Source: Raillietiella orientalis | Taxonomy: Eukaryota | Direction of reading: 5' to 3' | Length of the DNA stretch: 64,000 nucleotides | NCBI GenBank assembly: GCA_036172245.1 | Contig: JAYWIR010000041.1 | Location: 434,001-498,000 of the forward strand | In this document: in pieces, positions 46,331-58,880 of the stretch | Numbering within the stretch: the first letter of the stretch is position 1 | Layout: every line of letters begins with the position of its first letter | The notes under the pieces: generated by a model | What the model was told of the DNA's origin: nothing | The model's input: only the letters and a program-made list of their open reading frames with translations | Databases searched by the model: none | Translations under genes and position numbers: made by a program

Positions 46331-49300
46331 CAATGCGCAGGAGGCAGCTTCGGGCCAGGAGCTTCCCGGCAGCAACAGATCTCCAGCATGCTGAAGAGCG
46401 GAGCACAGCGAGAGGAAGGAAAGAGCAGGAGTGAAGAATCAGAGATGATGGGCCGCAACTATGAGGTCTTCCTCGAGGACAAAGACAGGACGGCCATCCC
46501 ACCGATTTTCGAAGGGGGGCACTGCCGCAAACATCCTCGGAGCTGTGGGTGAAAATTGCCTGGGGATCTCTGCGTGCGACCCGCGGCAAAACTCAGGGAT
46601 GGGGTTTTTCGTCTGGAAGGGTGTCTTTTTGTTCCTGGAAGGCATGCGCGTTCCTCAGCGGTGCCTGGCCAAAATTCGTTTTCATTTGCTGGTTCAGACG
46701 AACTGGAGGTCACCAGGAGGGGGGCAACTGGAGACATTGCCCTCTCCAATCAATCCTACTGCGGCCCCGGGCAGCGTCGGGAATCGATTCGGGGAGAATT
46801 CAGCCCGTGTCGAGAGAGTCCAAGGCGCGCCGTGTCCTGAGCGCCCTCGGGGTCAAAGGAAAAGAGGCGACTTTCCCAGCGTCGAAGAGGATTCCTCCCG
46901 GGGAGAGGGAGGGGGGGGGGGGTGAGGGCATGTCCATCCGCACGCGCAGCTGTTGGAATTTCGCAAGCCACCTTGGGGAGAGCGCGCCGGTTCGGTTCCA
47001 GAGGGCCAGCGTCAAGGCGACTCTTGCGTCAAGGAAAAGGCAGAGCGGTTTCCAAGGAGAACGCGCGCTGTCCCTTCGCTCGCTGCTTCGGAGGAGGAGG
47101 GCCGGGGCTCGGGCGGCAGATTTCACAACGTTGATGTGCGAGATGAGTGCCTACGCAGGAGGAAGAGGGAAAGTCGTCGTTCCTGAGGGAGGTGCGCCGC
47201 ATCCGCAGAACCGCGTGCGTCGTGAAATCCGAAGGGAAATCGTGAAGTGGTTTCGAGCTTTCACACATGCCTACCACCACCACCACACCTCAGGGAGCTG
47301 CCGAGGTGGATCGTCCGCCCTCCCGGAAGCAGAGGAAAGCGAGCGAAACCAACCCACCCTCTCCGGCAATTTGTCCTGCGTGGCCATCCTCATTTTTCCC
47401 AGACCTTCCTTCAGGTTTTGCGCGCAGTGGTGGTGGTGAGGATATGCGTGTCTGAGGGTTCCTGCGGCTTGCAGGACTTCACGCATGAGGGGGTGAAGTA
47501 AAACGCCGTTCCGGACGAAGGAAGGCATGAAGGCGACGCCACCCCTTCGGCGGTGCGTGGGCGAACCGGTGCTCTCCCCCTTTGAGCCCGTGCTCGCGTT
47601 AAGCGAAGTCCTCTCTGCTCGTCTTCCCCCTTCGCTCTGACAAGTCCCCGGTCGAACGGAGCTTCCGATGTCTTCCATCCAGGGTGGCCAGTGGACGGCG
47701 TCTTCTACGCTCGCAGCATCAATGTCTTCGCCGGAACCTTCTTGGCCGCTCCTTCCTCGCGTCGCGCGGAGGATTGCTGCGACGCATGAACTGCCCGCTC
47801 TTCACGGACTGCTCCTCCTCCTCGTCCTTCTAGAATGCTCTCCGATCACAGAAGAGACGATGGAAGCTGAGCGCCTGCGAGTGATCGGGAGACGGAAGGG
47901 TGGAGTGTGCACGGTCGAAGACTCCGTCCGCACCCTGGCTGGCGAAGGCGACGAGCATCCCCAGACGTGAGGGATGAGCGCGCGAGAGAGCTCCTTCCCG
48001 ATGCAAGAGCTTCGGCTGCATCATCCCGACAGGTTCTCCTCCGCCGAAAAGGGGGGAAGAGAGGGAAGCGGGAACAGTGACGAAAGGTCAGGTGGGGCGC
48101 AGGGAGAGCTTGGTCGATACGATCGACCAAACTCTTCCATCTGGCGTCGCTACGTCAAGTTACACGAATAAATGATTAAAATTGGCTTAATGAGACCATG
48201 CAGAGCGCTTCTCAGGTGAGGAGTGGAATGCTGCGGAAAGACGAAAAAGGAAAGAAGGAGGAAAAAGAGGCAGCGATCACACATCCGGCACGTGCCGCGC
48301 GCATCACGGCGTGGCTTTCTCGTCTTGAGCGAAGATCCTCGGAACGGGCGATGGGAAAAAAAGAAGCGAAAAAGGCAAAAGGCCATTCGGAGAGATTTCC
48401 AAGGGTGATGGGAAGAAAGGTAGCGGAACTGAGACTCAGCTTGCGCGGACTGTTAGCCAGCATCCTTCCCGTGTAGCAGGGAGCGCGCGTCTCGCTCTCT
48501 GCTCGTATCGTGGCTCACCAGAACAAGCTAGTCCGAAAATAGGGAGCGCCGGCCGCGAGCGGAACGTTTCGGGCCAGGAAGCTGCGGATGATGGGAGCGC
48601 GCGCCCATCCAGCTCAAACCGAGGAGCGAAATGGATGCTCCCTGCGCACCACCCCCTCGGTGGAATCTTGCGGCGGGAGAAATCGGATCCGAATGCAAAG
48701 ATCGTCGCAACATCCGATGCTGGTGGAGTGCCCATGGAGTGGGGAGAGTTCGGTCCGACCTTTCTCCAGCTGCCCCGACGCCCCGGCCGCAACGAGGAGA
48801 GTCAGAGCTGGAGTCAAGTGAATCCGGGCAGGCGGCGTTCCGTGTTCCAAGACAGAATGGGCAGGTGGTGTTCCGAGATACGAAAGCGCGGTCACAGGTC
48901 AAAGGCGCGCGGTTCCCCCTCCCCCTACTACTCTCGATAGCTCTGGGGTCTAGTTCCGAGCGGGAGTAGGAGGAAGGAAGGAAGGCTGGCGCGCACCACC
49001 CTCCAGTTCTTGCGGGGAGCCAGGGAGCCACCTCCCGGGAGTGGCGGCGTTCCCGTCGCGTGCCTCGGAGTGCGGATCCGCGCGGTGGCGTGGCCCGGAA
49101 GAGGCAGCATCCGCAGATGCCTGCGTTCCGGAAGGCGCGCGCGCGCGAGTCGTGACTCGACTCTGCAAGAATCAACAAACGGTTCGTCTTTCTTGAATAA
49201 ACGTTTTAAATAATTGGATGGATCCGCGGAAGATTAAGAGTGCTTTTGCTGCGGACGCCATAAATTTCCGAACGTGCTAATGCGTATGATAAGACCCAGC

Positions 49301-49599
49301 GGATCTTTAATGGCGCGTGATGCTTGGCATTCGCAGAAGTACGACTTCATCTTCCATATAATTTTCATCTCATTAAAAGAGAAAAAAAGGAAAAAAAAAA
49401 AAAAGTCGGAGAGATGCAATGTGACACCACGTATCATGGAAAAAGGCCGTTTTTTTCTTCTTCTCCCCTCCCCCTCTTCCCCTTTCTGTAAGCCCTGCTC
49501 CCACGAAACCTCCCTCGCGCTACCGGAGGCTCGGAGAGTGGTCTCCTTTCGATTGATCGCCGCATCGCGTAAGAGGTAGGGTGCGCTCGCCACCCCCGA

Positions 49600-50000
49600 A
49601 AGGCAATTCGATTTGTGAATCTGAGCGCATCTTCGGAAGGTCCCGGCTGGGAGTGTCCGCTGCTTCGCAGAGAAGGACTCGCCGGCGGGAAGCGCGGGTA
49701 AACAAACAGATGAGCTTGGTAACCGAGGAGAAAGAGCTGTAATTGCGGATGAGTGACTGCATCGCCCGTGGGAGGGCGACAGTTGCCGGCCGGCAGCCTG
49801 GAGAGCAGCCTGGCGCAATGACGGCGGCAAAGCGGTGGCTGGCACTTTGTTTTTTTCTCTCCATTGGCGTGGCGCCCGAGGAGAGCTGGCGAGAGGTCTT
49901 GGAGAGCGCGTGCCTTTCCTGGGCCGGGTGGCTCGGATGGCCGAGCCGCGGGATCTCGTCGCAGGCCGTAGGGTGGCAGGATACGAGCGAGCACGCCGCC
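49600..50000 (-). mobile_element. DIRS-like RH/MT relic
   Basis: RALQDLSPALLGRHA (LALQxFxPxLxGxHV-like) then LFVYPRFPP (LYAFPP-like). Confidence 0.4.
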
Positions 50001-51267
50001 GCCCCGGGGGTCCTGTTGGTCACCCCCTGCGCGCGAAAGAGACGAATGCCAAGAAAGCTGGCGAACTTCGGCTTCGATCCGAGGGGGCAGCACGCCCGGA
50101 ACGTGGCGGCGGAGCTTCCGTTTGTGGGTTCGAGTCCAGGGGCGGAAAACGGGTAGCCGCCTCCGCGCTTCCCTCGCTCCGCGCGTTCCCGTATTATTTT
50201 AAATAACAGTCATCTAAAAAATAGAGAGAGAGAGGGAGGGAGGGAGAGAAGCAACTCTGCACACCCGCCCACACATATCCAAGCAACGCTCGGGAGAAAC
50301 GATCTGCATCTGCATCTTCGCATCCTCCCGTTAACTCCAGCGCGTCGTTTTGGACGCAAGGGGTTAAAAAGCAAAGTTCAATCCTATGATCGGCGCGGAG
50401 CGAGGTGAAGGATGCATGCCAACGGATCCTGACACTTTCTGAATCAATTACGGAGACCTAACAACCTGCCTGTTGCTTTAAACAAGTGCAGATTATCGTA
50501 ATGGGGAGCCATTAACGGGAATGCGATAGGGAAACCTCGGTTTGATCCGTCATTCACGACCTGGATAAGAGGCGCAGAAAGAAAGAGAGAAGGAGCGGGG
50601 GGGGGGAGGAAGGGGGGGAAGGAAGCGCAAAAAAAAAAGAAAAAAGAAAAGATGGAAAAAAAGGCCTTGATTGCTGTAGCACTTCCTTTCGGACGAGGAA
50701 TTGGAACACGAGGCGATCGCAGTTTCGTGCTTCAGGTTTGGCGCTCGAGGACACTGATTTATCCTGTGGCGTATCTCATTGTCGCCTAATGATCGGGGAC
50801 ATTAGCTGACCGGAAACAACAACAGCAACAACAGCGGCGACAACAGCGGCGCAAAAGGGGAGATGCTTTTTGTGCGTAGGAGCGCCGGATGTTCGAGATG
50901 CATCGAGGGATCTCTCACTTGCACGATCTTCTCCCATCGCCCACCCCCTCTTCGGGGATTTTGAGGGTTTCTCAGTTCTGAATTTCCTCCCCCGGCTCTC
51001 TTCAGAGCATCATCTCCTGCCCCATTTCTGCAATGTCCGGATTCTTCATCGGCATGCAAGGTGGTCAAGGTGGAATAAGTTTCATTGAATCCGACTGCTG
51101 TCTCCCCTGGAATCGCGAGCGCCCTCCTTGCAGAGCGAAGCGCCTGCCGTGCGGCTTCCTGCCGTCTGGAAGGCGAGACCTCCGGTCCCTGAAAAGGAAG
51201 GAGGGTCTCTCGAGGAGAGAGACGTGATGCCGGCCGGATGCTCTGCAAGAACTTCGCAACCTCCCCC

Positions 51268-51405
51268 AGAGGAGGAGGAAGAAGAAGAGAGGAATGGAGA
51301 AAGGGAGGAGGAAAAGGAGGAAGAAGGAAGGGGGAAGAAGAGGAGGAGGAAAAAAGGAAAGAGGAACGAAAGGGAGGAGGAGAAAGAGAAAAGAAGGAAG
51401 GGAGA
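51268..51405 (+). repeat. Polypurine (G/A) low-complexity tract
   Basis: About 135 nt that are almost entirely G and A. Similar tracts lie at 40490-40555 and 53320-53380. Confidence 0.9.
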
Positions 51406-52270
51406 CGCGGAAGACCGTGCCCCTCTCTCTGCCTGCTGCCCTTCCTTTGTCTTCCTCCTTGATCTCAGGGACAGTGACGGAGTGGGGAAGCTGTAAGAAG
51501 AACGGGAACAGGGAGAATGCTGAACCGGAAGCCATTTAGAAGTCGTTTCGGGATTCCGATCGGACGTTTCGGGAAGCTGTTTGTGCGGGGGCACGAAGGG
51601 AACGACCTCGCCCTTCTCGCACGTATGCACATGTACGTGTGTACACATTATATGTATATATATTTGAATTCTCGACATGGCTGCGATTCTCTTTCTGAAC
51701 CTCTGAAGAGCCTGTTCCTGCTCAAGGGGGCTTCGGACTTTCCTTCCTCCTCCTTCTATTTATAAATGGAGAGCCATCGATCGCGTCCATGGCGGTTTGC
51801 TTATCGACCTCCTCCGCGCGGTGCAGATTTGGGCCGGAGCCGTGCAGATTTCCCTGTGGGCCTGCCCGGCGGGCCGTCGACAAGAAGCGGCGACTGCTCA
51901 GGGCCTCTGGAAAATTTGGATGTTTCACTTGTGCGGACGCAGCGATGCAGAGTGCAGGAGGTCTCCCCAGAGCTCCCGAACCCACCCTGGGCAGAGACCC
52001 CTTTCCGCCTCGCCTTGCGTCGTTGCCGCTGTAGGGAAAATGTTCCCCTCTCTCCGTGGTCGCTTGCGAGGGTCCCCCGGCTCTCTGTCCTTCGCAGCCT
52101 GCCCTTCGCTTTGGTTCCTTCTTGCGTGTTCTTGTGAAGAGCTGCCCTGGGTCGAGACCGCTGACGAGGTTCACGCAGAGCACCTCTGCAGTGCTCTCCT
52201 CACCGGAGTCGGGCACCAGGAAGAACGTCTGCAGCGTGCTCGAAAGCAAGAAAGATGGAAAGAAAAAAAC

Positions 52271-52271
52271 A

Positions 52272-52303
<32 letters not shown>

Positions 52304-52311
52304 TGCATGCA
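52271..52311 (+). repeat. (ACGC)n microsatellite ending in GCAT units
   Basis: Read directly. Confidence 0.95.
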
Positions 52312-53379
52312 CAAAAAGGGGGGAGGGAGTTGGATGGCAGCACGATTTTTCGAGGTCTTTTCCAGGCATACAACGGAGCCTCCTCAGAAATGCCAGAGGC
52401 GCCGGGATTCTTTTCGGGAACGGCGCGGATTTTCAGCGTCATCTGCCGGGAGAGCGAAAGACGATTCCTCGAAGTGCTGGAATTCCCGATTCCAGGGCGC
52501 GCTGGTTTTGGGAACGGAAACGGGGACGAGCAGCCGACGCGGGCTTTTTGCGCTCGCCCGATGCCCCCGACGTCGCGCCAACCGTCAACCGAACGCGGGC
52601 GCCGCAAGAAACTGGGCCTCTCGGAAGGGAGGAACCGGGAATGCGGAACCTCTGCGGAGCCCACTGGTAGCGGCTACGCGGGCCTCCCCTCCCGGAGTCG
52701 GAAGTCCCGGCGGGACTTCGATGGGTGGGTGACAGGCGATTCTTCCAGGATCCCTCGGAGCATCTCCTGCATCGGCACCCCCTAGTACCGGCAAAGGTCT
52801 GTTCCTCGTCCGGAACTCGGAGCAGAAAGCTGCCGCGTCCAGTGCTGGGAAGCCCACTTATCCCCATCTGGACCATTTCGTCCCCAGAGCGGAGGAAGTC
52901 CGCACCTTCCCCGCTGAAATGGCTCAGGAACGGGGGGCGCACGTCTCGCTTTCCGGCCGTTTGAATCCTCCTGGACCCTCCCCCCAATCATCGGCCGCAG
53001 CGATGTGCGCTCCCGATCAATCGCATCTCGATTAACCCGTGGCTCTCTTTTACGAAGACGTGCGACCCAGGATTCGTGGGTCGAAGAAGAGACCCGCAGG
53101 TAACGACCCGCAAGAGACCCTTCGCGTCTTTCAATCGCCTCCTCCAGTACCCCTGCGGAAGTAGGATAGAAGGTCCCACTCCAAAGTGGAAAGAAGTGGA
53201 TCCGGTGGGGAAGATGGGGAGGAGGTGACGAAGAAAACGAAAGCCAACAGAGGAGGCGGCACGGCGAGAGCGAGGGCGGCGCTCCCACCACCTTCCGGAT
53301 CTCCAAGGCACGGAGGCAATGAAGAGGAGGAGGAAAAGAAGAAGAGGAGAAGGTGGAAGGGTGGAGAGGAAGAGGAGGA

Positions 53380-54300
53380 TGAAGGCTTTGCTCGCCGATG
53401 CCCGGAGTGGCTTCTTGGTGATGCGGGCATGGTGGCGCAAGATGGAAACGGCTGCGCTGCGAAGGCCGAGAGCCCGTCCGGGAAAGCGAGCGAGCAGAGC
53501 GAGGGATCTCGACTAGGAAGGGATCTCCAGGCCCTCCCCTTCGCGCAGTGGTCTCTTCCCTCTTTGCCTCCCTGAGACACTTACTGCCACGACCTTTGGA
53601 AGTGGTGATGCAGGACACGGCCTTGCCGCAGCGTTGTCTGCCTCTAGGGCAAGCCGCAGCATCTGCCAGCCGGCAAGGTGGGCGTATTCCTGCACCACCG
53701 CGGGAAGGACGAAATTCCTTGAAGTCTGGAAGACGCTCGAGCTGGTGGATGCTGCTGCCACTCCGTGTGTCCGGGTGACGGGACTCCTTCGGCGGAGCAT
53801 ATGCCGAGTACTGCTCCCGAGGAACCTGTGGTCTCTCCGCAACTCCTGGGCGCTTCCCACTCTCCTGGAAGCGAGCTGCTCTGCTCTTTCTGTAGTGGGG
53901 ACTCCAGAGCGCGGGCCCTCTCCTTGCTGGAGAATTGCATCCCCGAGCGGCGCCAGGTTCAGGTCGGCGGAATCGATCTCGCGGCACCTGCTTCGGGACT
54001 GCGGCTCTCTCTGGGATCTGTGGCGGAGGCTGACTTCAACGCCCCTGCAACGGAACACCGTCTGCGACCCGCTGCAACAAGAGGTCAACCAGTTCTTCAT
54101 GCTATGAGGACCCGCCGATGGGCGCAGTGGTCGCAACCGTCGCGGGACCATCATCGCGGTCCTCCACGCGCTGGAGACGACCATGCAGCGAAGGGAGGTC
54201 ACCGAGACGACAGCCGCCTACGTGAGGGCGGCTGCAAGGTGGCCTCTCTTGCAAGAGGAAGTCGAAGGAGAAGGTCACCGGCATCGAGCGTCGGTTTCGA
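53380..54300 (+). mobile_element. DIRS-like RT relic
   Basis: FARRCPEW near the start, SLRNSWALPTLL (GLxxAPxxFTxL-like), ALSLLENC...LRLSLG. Weak. Confidence 0.3.
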
Positions 54301-55619
54301 AACGAAGTAACGGAGGACACCGGTGACCCTTGACCCCAGCCTCTTTTTTTATTTTTTTCTTCTCATTCCCCACTCCCTTCCGCTTCGTACCCTTTTCCTT
54401 ATTTGTACAATGATCCTGGTGTACGAGGGGCTAAGCCAAAGATCCCTGTTCCACGTCCCCCTGTATTTCCTCATTTTTTTCGTGTTGCCTCTCCTCCTCT
54501 CTCCCGTTCCGAACTTTCGGATATCTCGACCCGCGCGCCGGTGGACCCTCCTCCTGAGCTTCTTTTGTCTTCGGTTGGGAACTGGCGCGTTCCCAACGGC
54601 TTCAGCTTTCGCAAAATGAACGCCCCCGGGCGTGACCGGGTGAAAATGCTCTCCGCCGCCCCGGCACGGCGGCTTCCCCCTCCTTCCAGGCATAGACTGC
54701 CGAGAGAGAGAAAAGGGGGGAGGAATCGAGCCACCGGATGAGCGATCGCGGTCGTCGGAATCACCACCCGGGCAGGTCGTCGCGCCTCGTCAACTCCGCG
54801 AGAGCGCGTTTCATGGAGGGCGGGAGCGCCCTTTGAGGCGCTGACCACTTTGGGCAACTCGACCGGATTGGAGAGCTCCCTGCTCGGGGGCGCCACTGGG
54901 GGAACTGCGCAGCAGCTGCTGCCGACCCGCCGCTTCCCGCGTGCGAATAACTACGGCGAAAGAGGCCTTCTCGCCAAACCTCTTCCTCCCTGCCGGACGC
55001 GAAAGGGGAGGAGGAGGAAAGGAGGAAGAATAGGAAGCAGGGGCCGCCTCCCGGATGCTCAGAGACGTGGCCTCCGCGACCCCCGGAGCTCCGTCCCCCT
55101 GGCTCCGTGACACCGTCCGAGCCCCGGGGACCGACGAGCCCGTTCCGCGGCGCACCTCGCTCCAGCCTCTCCCCGTTCTTTAACGCCGTCGAAAACATTC
55201 CGAGAGGCCGAGGGCAGTTCCAGTTACGAAAATAACCGGCGCCATTTTCTTAATTGGAACTGGAATCGGGGAAGCTGCGCCTCGCGGAATCGCGCCGCCT
55301 CGCATTGCGCGGCGATTTGCTGGAGATCATTAGGAGCCGATGGCCGGCCGAAAGACGGAAAGACAATTTTCTCGGAATTGGTCTGCCGGGGAACCTGGGA
55401 AGAGAGGAGAACCTCTTGAGCGGCTGGACCAGCTCCTCCTCGGGCCGGCGGGGACCGTTCGCTCGCTCACTCGCGGGATCGGGGAAAAGGGGGAGGAGCA
55501 GCTGCCGTGCGCCCCCGGCGAGCACGGGAACCACCTCTGGTTTGGGTCAGGGGGCACACGGACCGAACTTCCCTCGGGCGGTCCTCTTTCCCGAAAGCTC
55601 CCGGTTCCAGTCTCGCGAG

Positions 55620-55905
55620 GGACGCCCCCTTTTCGGGCTGGCGATGGAGGGCCCCGCGTGGCTGCGGCCACGGCGCTGCTAGCCTCGGGGCACTAGCGCG
55701 AAAATGGCTGCCGCATCGTCTGAGGGGGCGGTGGTTCCGCTCCTCCTGGAAGAGCAGGAGCCTGTCAGACGGCCGTCCCACGAGACACCTCTACTTTCGC
55801 TCACTGAAGCGGCAAGTTCTCAGCGTGGCGATGCTGACCGATCCCCGGAGGGCCAGTAAAGAGAGGTTGGTGGCCAAACCGAACCTTTCTCCCCCCATTC
55901 CTTGA
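55620..55905 (+). mobile_element. Ngaro-like RNase H fragment
   Basis: AASLGA...GRWFRSSW resembles DAS..G.G....WFxxxW. Confidence 0.3.
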
Positions 55906-56254
55906 TGGGCGGTCCGTTTGGCTACCAGTCGGGATTTTCAGCCGCCTGGTTCGTCTAGTCGTCGTTTTCTTGGCTACCGCCGAACAGTCGCGTCGGTGTT
56001 TCTGCATCGGTGCTCACCTTGCAAAGAACCGCCGCCTTATCTTCCTCAGTTCCCCCGTAGTTCTTTCTTTCTTTCTCTTTTCTTTTCGAAGCGAGACAGT
56101 GGCGACCTCACAATAAAGTGGCCGTTGGATGATGGGAATCCTCTTGGGTTTTTACTCTTTCTCTGCTTTCCTTCCACCTTTTGTTTTTTCTTTTTTTCTT
56201 TTTGTGGTGCACCAAGTGCCGAAGAACCGCTCGCCTCCCTGGGTGGGTCTCACG

Positions 56255-56905
56255 AAGCTCGTCAACGCTGTCCATGCTACCCGAGGGGGCGTGTGATCCT
56301 TCGGTTTGTAGGGGTGACCTCGGAGAGACCACCCTATGAGTCCAAGAAGGTTTCGGAGGAAGGACTTCGTTCCTATTACGCTTGCAAGGGAAAACCTCTT
56401 CGAAGGGAACCTCTTCCTTGTGGCGTCTCCCGGAAAAAGAATCTCCTCGTTTCTACTTCAGAGAGAAACTGGAAAAAGGAATCCGCTCCTGAATTTCTCC
56501 TACGGAAGGAACCCGCAAGGGAACCGCTCCCTGTTCTATGCCTCTGAAGAGAACCCCAAAGGGAGCAGCGCGTCTCCCGGAGGGTTGTCGAACAACCCCT
56601 CGGGAGAAAGGGCATCAACCAGCTCCTTGATAAAGACCCCTTTTTCACGACAGGAGGGGAAGCCCGGGGGTCTCCTTAATTACCGCAAGGACCCCAGGAG
56701 TCAAACTTCCGATCCTGGTCACTCGACAGGGGCATCCGGCTTTCACCAGTGCTGCGCCCGACGCCAGAAGGCCAACCATAATCGTCCTGCGGAGGGCACT
56801 CGAAAATACACGGCTCCTCCCCCACTTCTCGCAGGGTCCACGCTTCCCCCCCGTTGGAATCGAAGCCGCGACGCTTGAAGCCACGCACCCGGAGGCCGCA
56901 GCCGT
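56255..56905 (+). repeat. Repeat family B, copy 4 (contains both segments)
   Basis: Colinear with the reverse complement of ~24160-24740, and with both halves of 39545-39870. Confidence 0.85.
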
Positions 56906-57211
56906 GCGGGCCGCACCGACTCGGGTCATGTGGCTGCGGGGTCCACGTTGGCGCCTACGGGAGAATTCCCTCCCAAACCTGTTTTCCGTCTCTGCTCCTG
57001 TGACATATCGGGACCGGGCTGCTCACGGAAGACGGGATCAGGATTCGCAAAGATGCGTTGGCGCGCTGCGAAAGATGTTCGAAGACGGGCGGCAGCGGCA
57101 GTGCACGCCGGTATCGAGTGCGAGAGAAGAGGAAATCGATGACTTGCAGGCCAATCTGGTCCACGGGTCACTGCGGCATTTTCAAACTTCCTGCAGAACA
57201 GACGGAGAGCA

Positions 57212-57214
<3 letters not shown>

Positions 57215-57242
<28 letters not shown>
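57215..57242 (+). repeat. (AC)n microsatellite
   Basis: Read directly. A shorter one lies at 36105-36121. Confidence 0.95.
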
Positions 57243-57245
<3 letters not shown>

Positions 57246-58461
57246 TGTACATCTGTGCACGCGGGGCCTTATTCAGTTCGCGGGCGGCCGCGATGCGCAC
57301 GTGGTTCGTGCTTTCCTGCTCGAGGCTCTCACTGGAGTCCTGGAGAAGCCGGGTCGACTGGAGGGACCATGTCCCTTCATGAGCACCGCTTTCTGAGCGC
57401 GGAGCGATTTGCTCGCCTTGCAATTCATCAATGAGAGCGGCCATCGGAGCGTTAAATAATCCAAAATGGAATTCTTCCTTCTGCTCTGACGAGGTTCACC
57501 GAAGATGATAATTTCGTGGGAGGTTCCTTGGAACGTGCGTCGCCTTGGAAACCTCTTCGAGACCGGGTAGTCGCTCAGCATTCCGCGGAGCCTTCTCCGC
57601 CAGCAAAGGAAAGGTGCAAAGTCCCCGGACTCCGGCAAGTACAAGGCAGGAAGGGAGGGGGAGAGGGGGAGGAGGACCCGGCGGGAAGAAGGAGATGGTA
57701 GCCGTTTCGAACGGACGGTGCCGGCTGGCGCCGCATCGAGCGCACTTTCGGGTTCCTGGCGGCGCAGACACTGCAGTGAACGCGAGCCGGCGTCGCGCGC
57801 GCTCCCGTGCTCCGCGTTCCCCTCCGTCTCGCGTTGCTCCGTCCGAGGCGGCGGTTTGCCGGGGATGTTTGCGCAACGTCGGATCTGCGCGCGACCGCTC
57901 CGCAGGCGCCTTTGGCGCGCGCGGAGCCACTCGGAGTGGCGTTCGGGCGCGGGTTCGACCGCAGGAGCCCGTCGCACCGTGGAACAGTTTGCGCTCTTCT
58001 TCTCGCCTTCGTTGTTTGGGTGGATGTCGGCTGCGCGGTTCCGTGCCCCCCCCCCCGGTCGGTAAGAACACGCGTGACGCGCCGGCCCCGCTCGAAAAGC
58101 AGACCCGGTTGGAAGCCGCGCGCGACAACGGGGAAAAGAAACGCATGCGCAAGCATTGGCTGCGGTCTCTGCCTCGGAAGCTGAGCAACCCGTCCGGGGT
58201 GCGGAAGCTGCGTTTCTCCGTCAGCCCGTGCTACGGGCAAGAGTGCGTAAAGGTATCGTACGCTGACCTGCAGGTGACTGCATACAGGCACCGTCACGCG
58301 CCTGCGTCCTCCGCACGATCATCAAAATATACAAACATGTACGCGCATGTACTTAGTCACAGACACTTCATTTGTTACAAAGAGCATCGCGTGATAAAAA
58401 TTTCAGCCGCCAACATAATCGGCTCTGCCGAACGGGGAAGCAGAGACCGCGCTTGTGGTGC

Positions 58462-58880
58462 ACAACATATCCACATACGCGACGCGGAAAAAGAGGTTCA
58501 CATGTGCAGACACTCGATGCGGAAGAAGGATCGCATATCCACACGTGCGAATGAGAAAAAAGTTCCCATATGCAGGCACTTGATGAGGGAAACGGTTCAC
58601 ACTCGTGCGGAAAAGGTCCACATATGCTGACACCCGATGCCAAACCGATTCACATACTCGGACGCTCGATGAGCCCCCCCCAAAAAAGGCTCACATATCC
58701 AGACACTCGATGACAAAAAAAAGGCTCGCACATACGCGCACACACGATGCGAAAAAAGGTTCACATGTCCACACGTGCCAAGGGGGAAAAGGTTCCCACA
58801 CACGCGGACGCTGGTTGCGAAAAATGGTTCACGCATGCACACGAGCGGAGCGGAAAAAGAAAAAAATGCACACACGTCCA
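58462..58880 (+). repeat. Degenerate minisatellite, ~33-bp unit, ~12 copies
   Basis: Approximate consensus GGTTCACATATGCAGACACTCGATGCGGAAAAA. Units are mostly 32-35 nt, with one of 21 nt. Confidence 0.88.

Noticed and set aside
58462..58880. CRISPR-like periodicity
   Set aside because: Units are contiguous degenerate copies with no unique spacers, there are no cas genes, and the context is eukaryotic.
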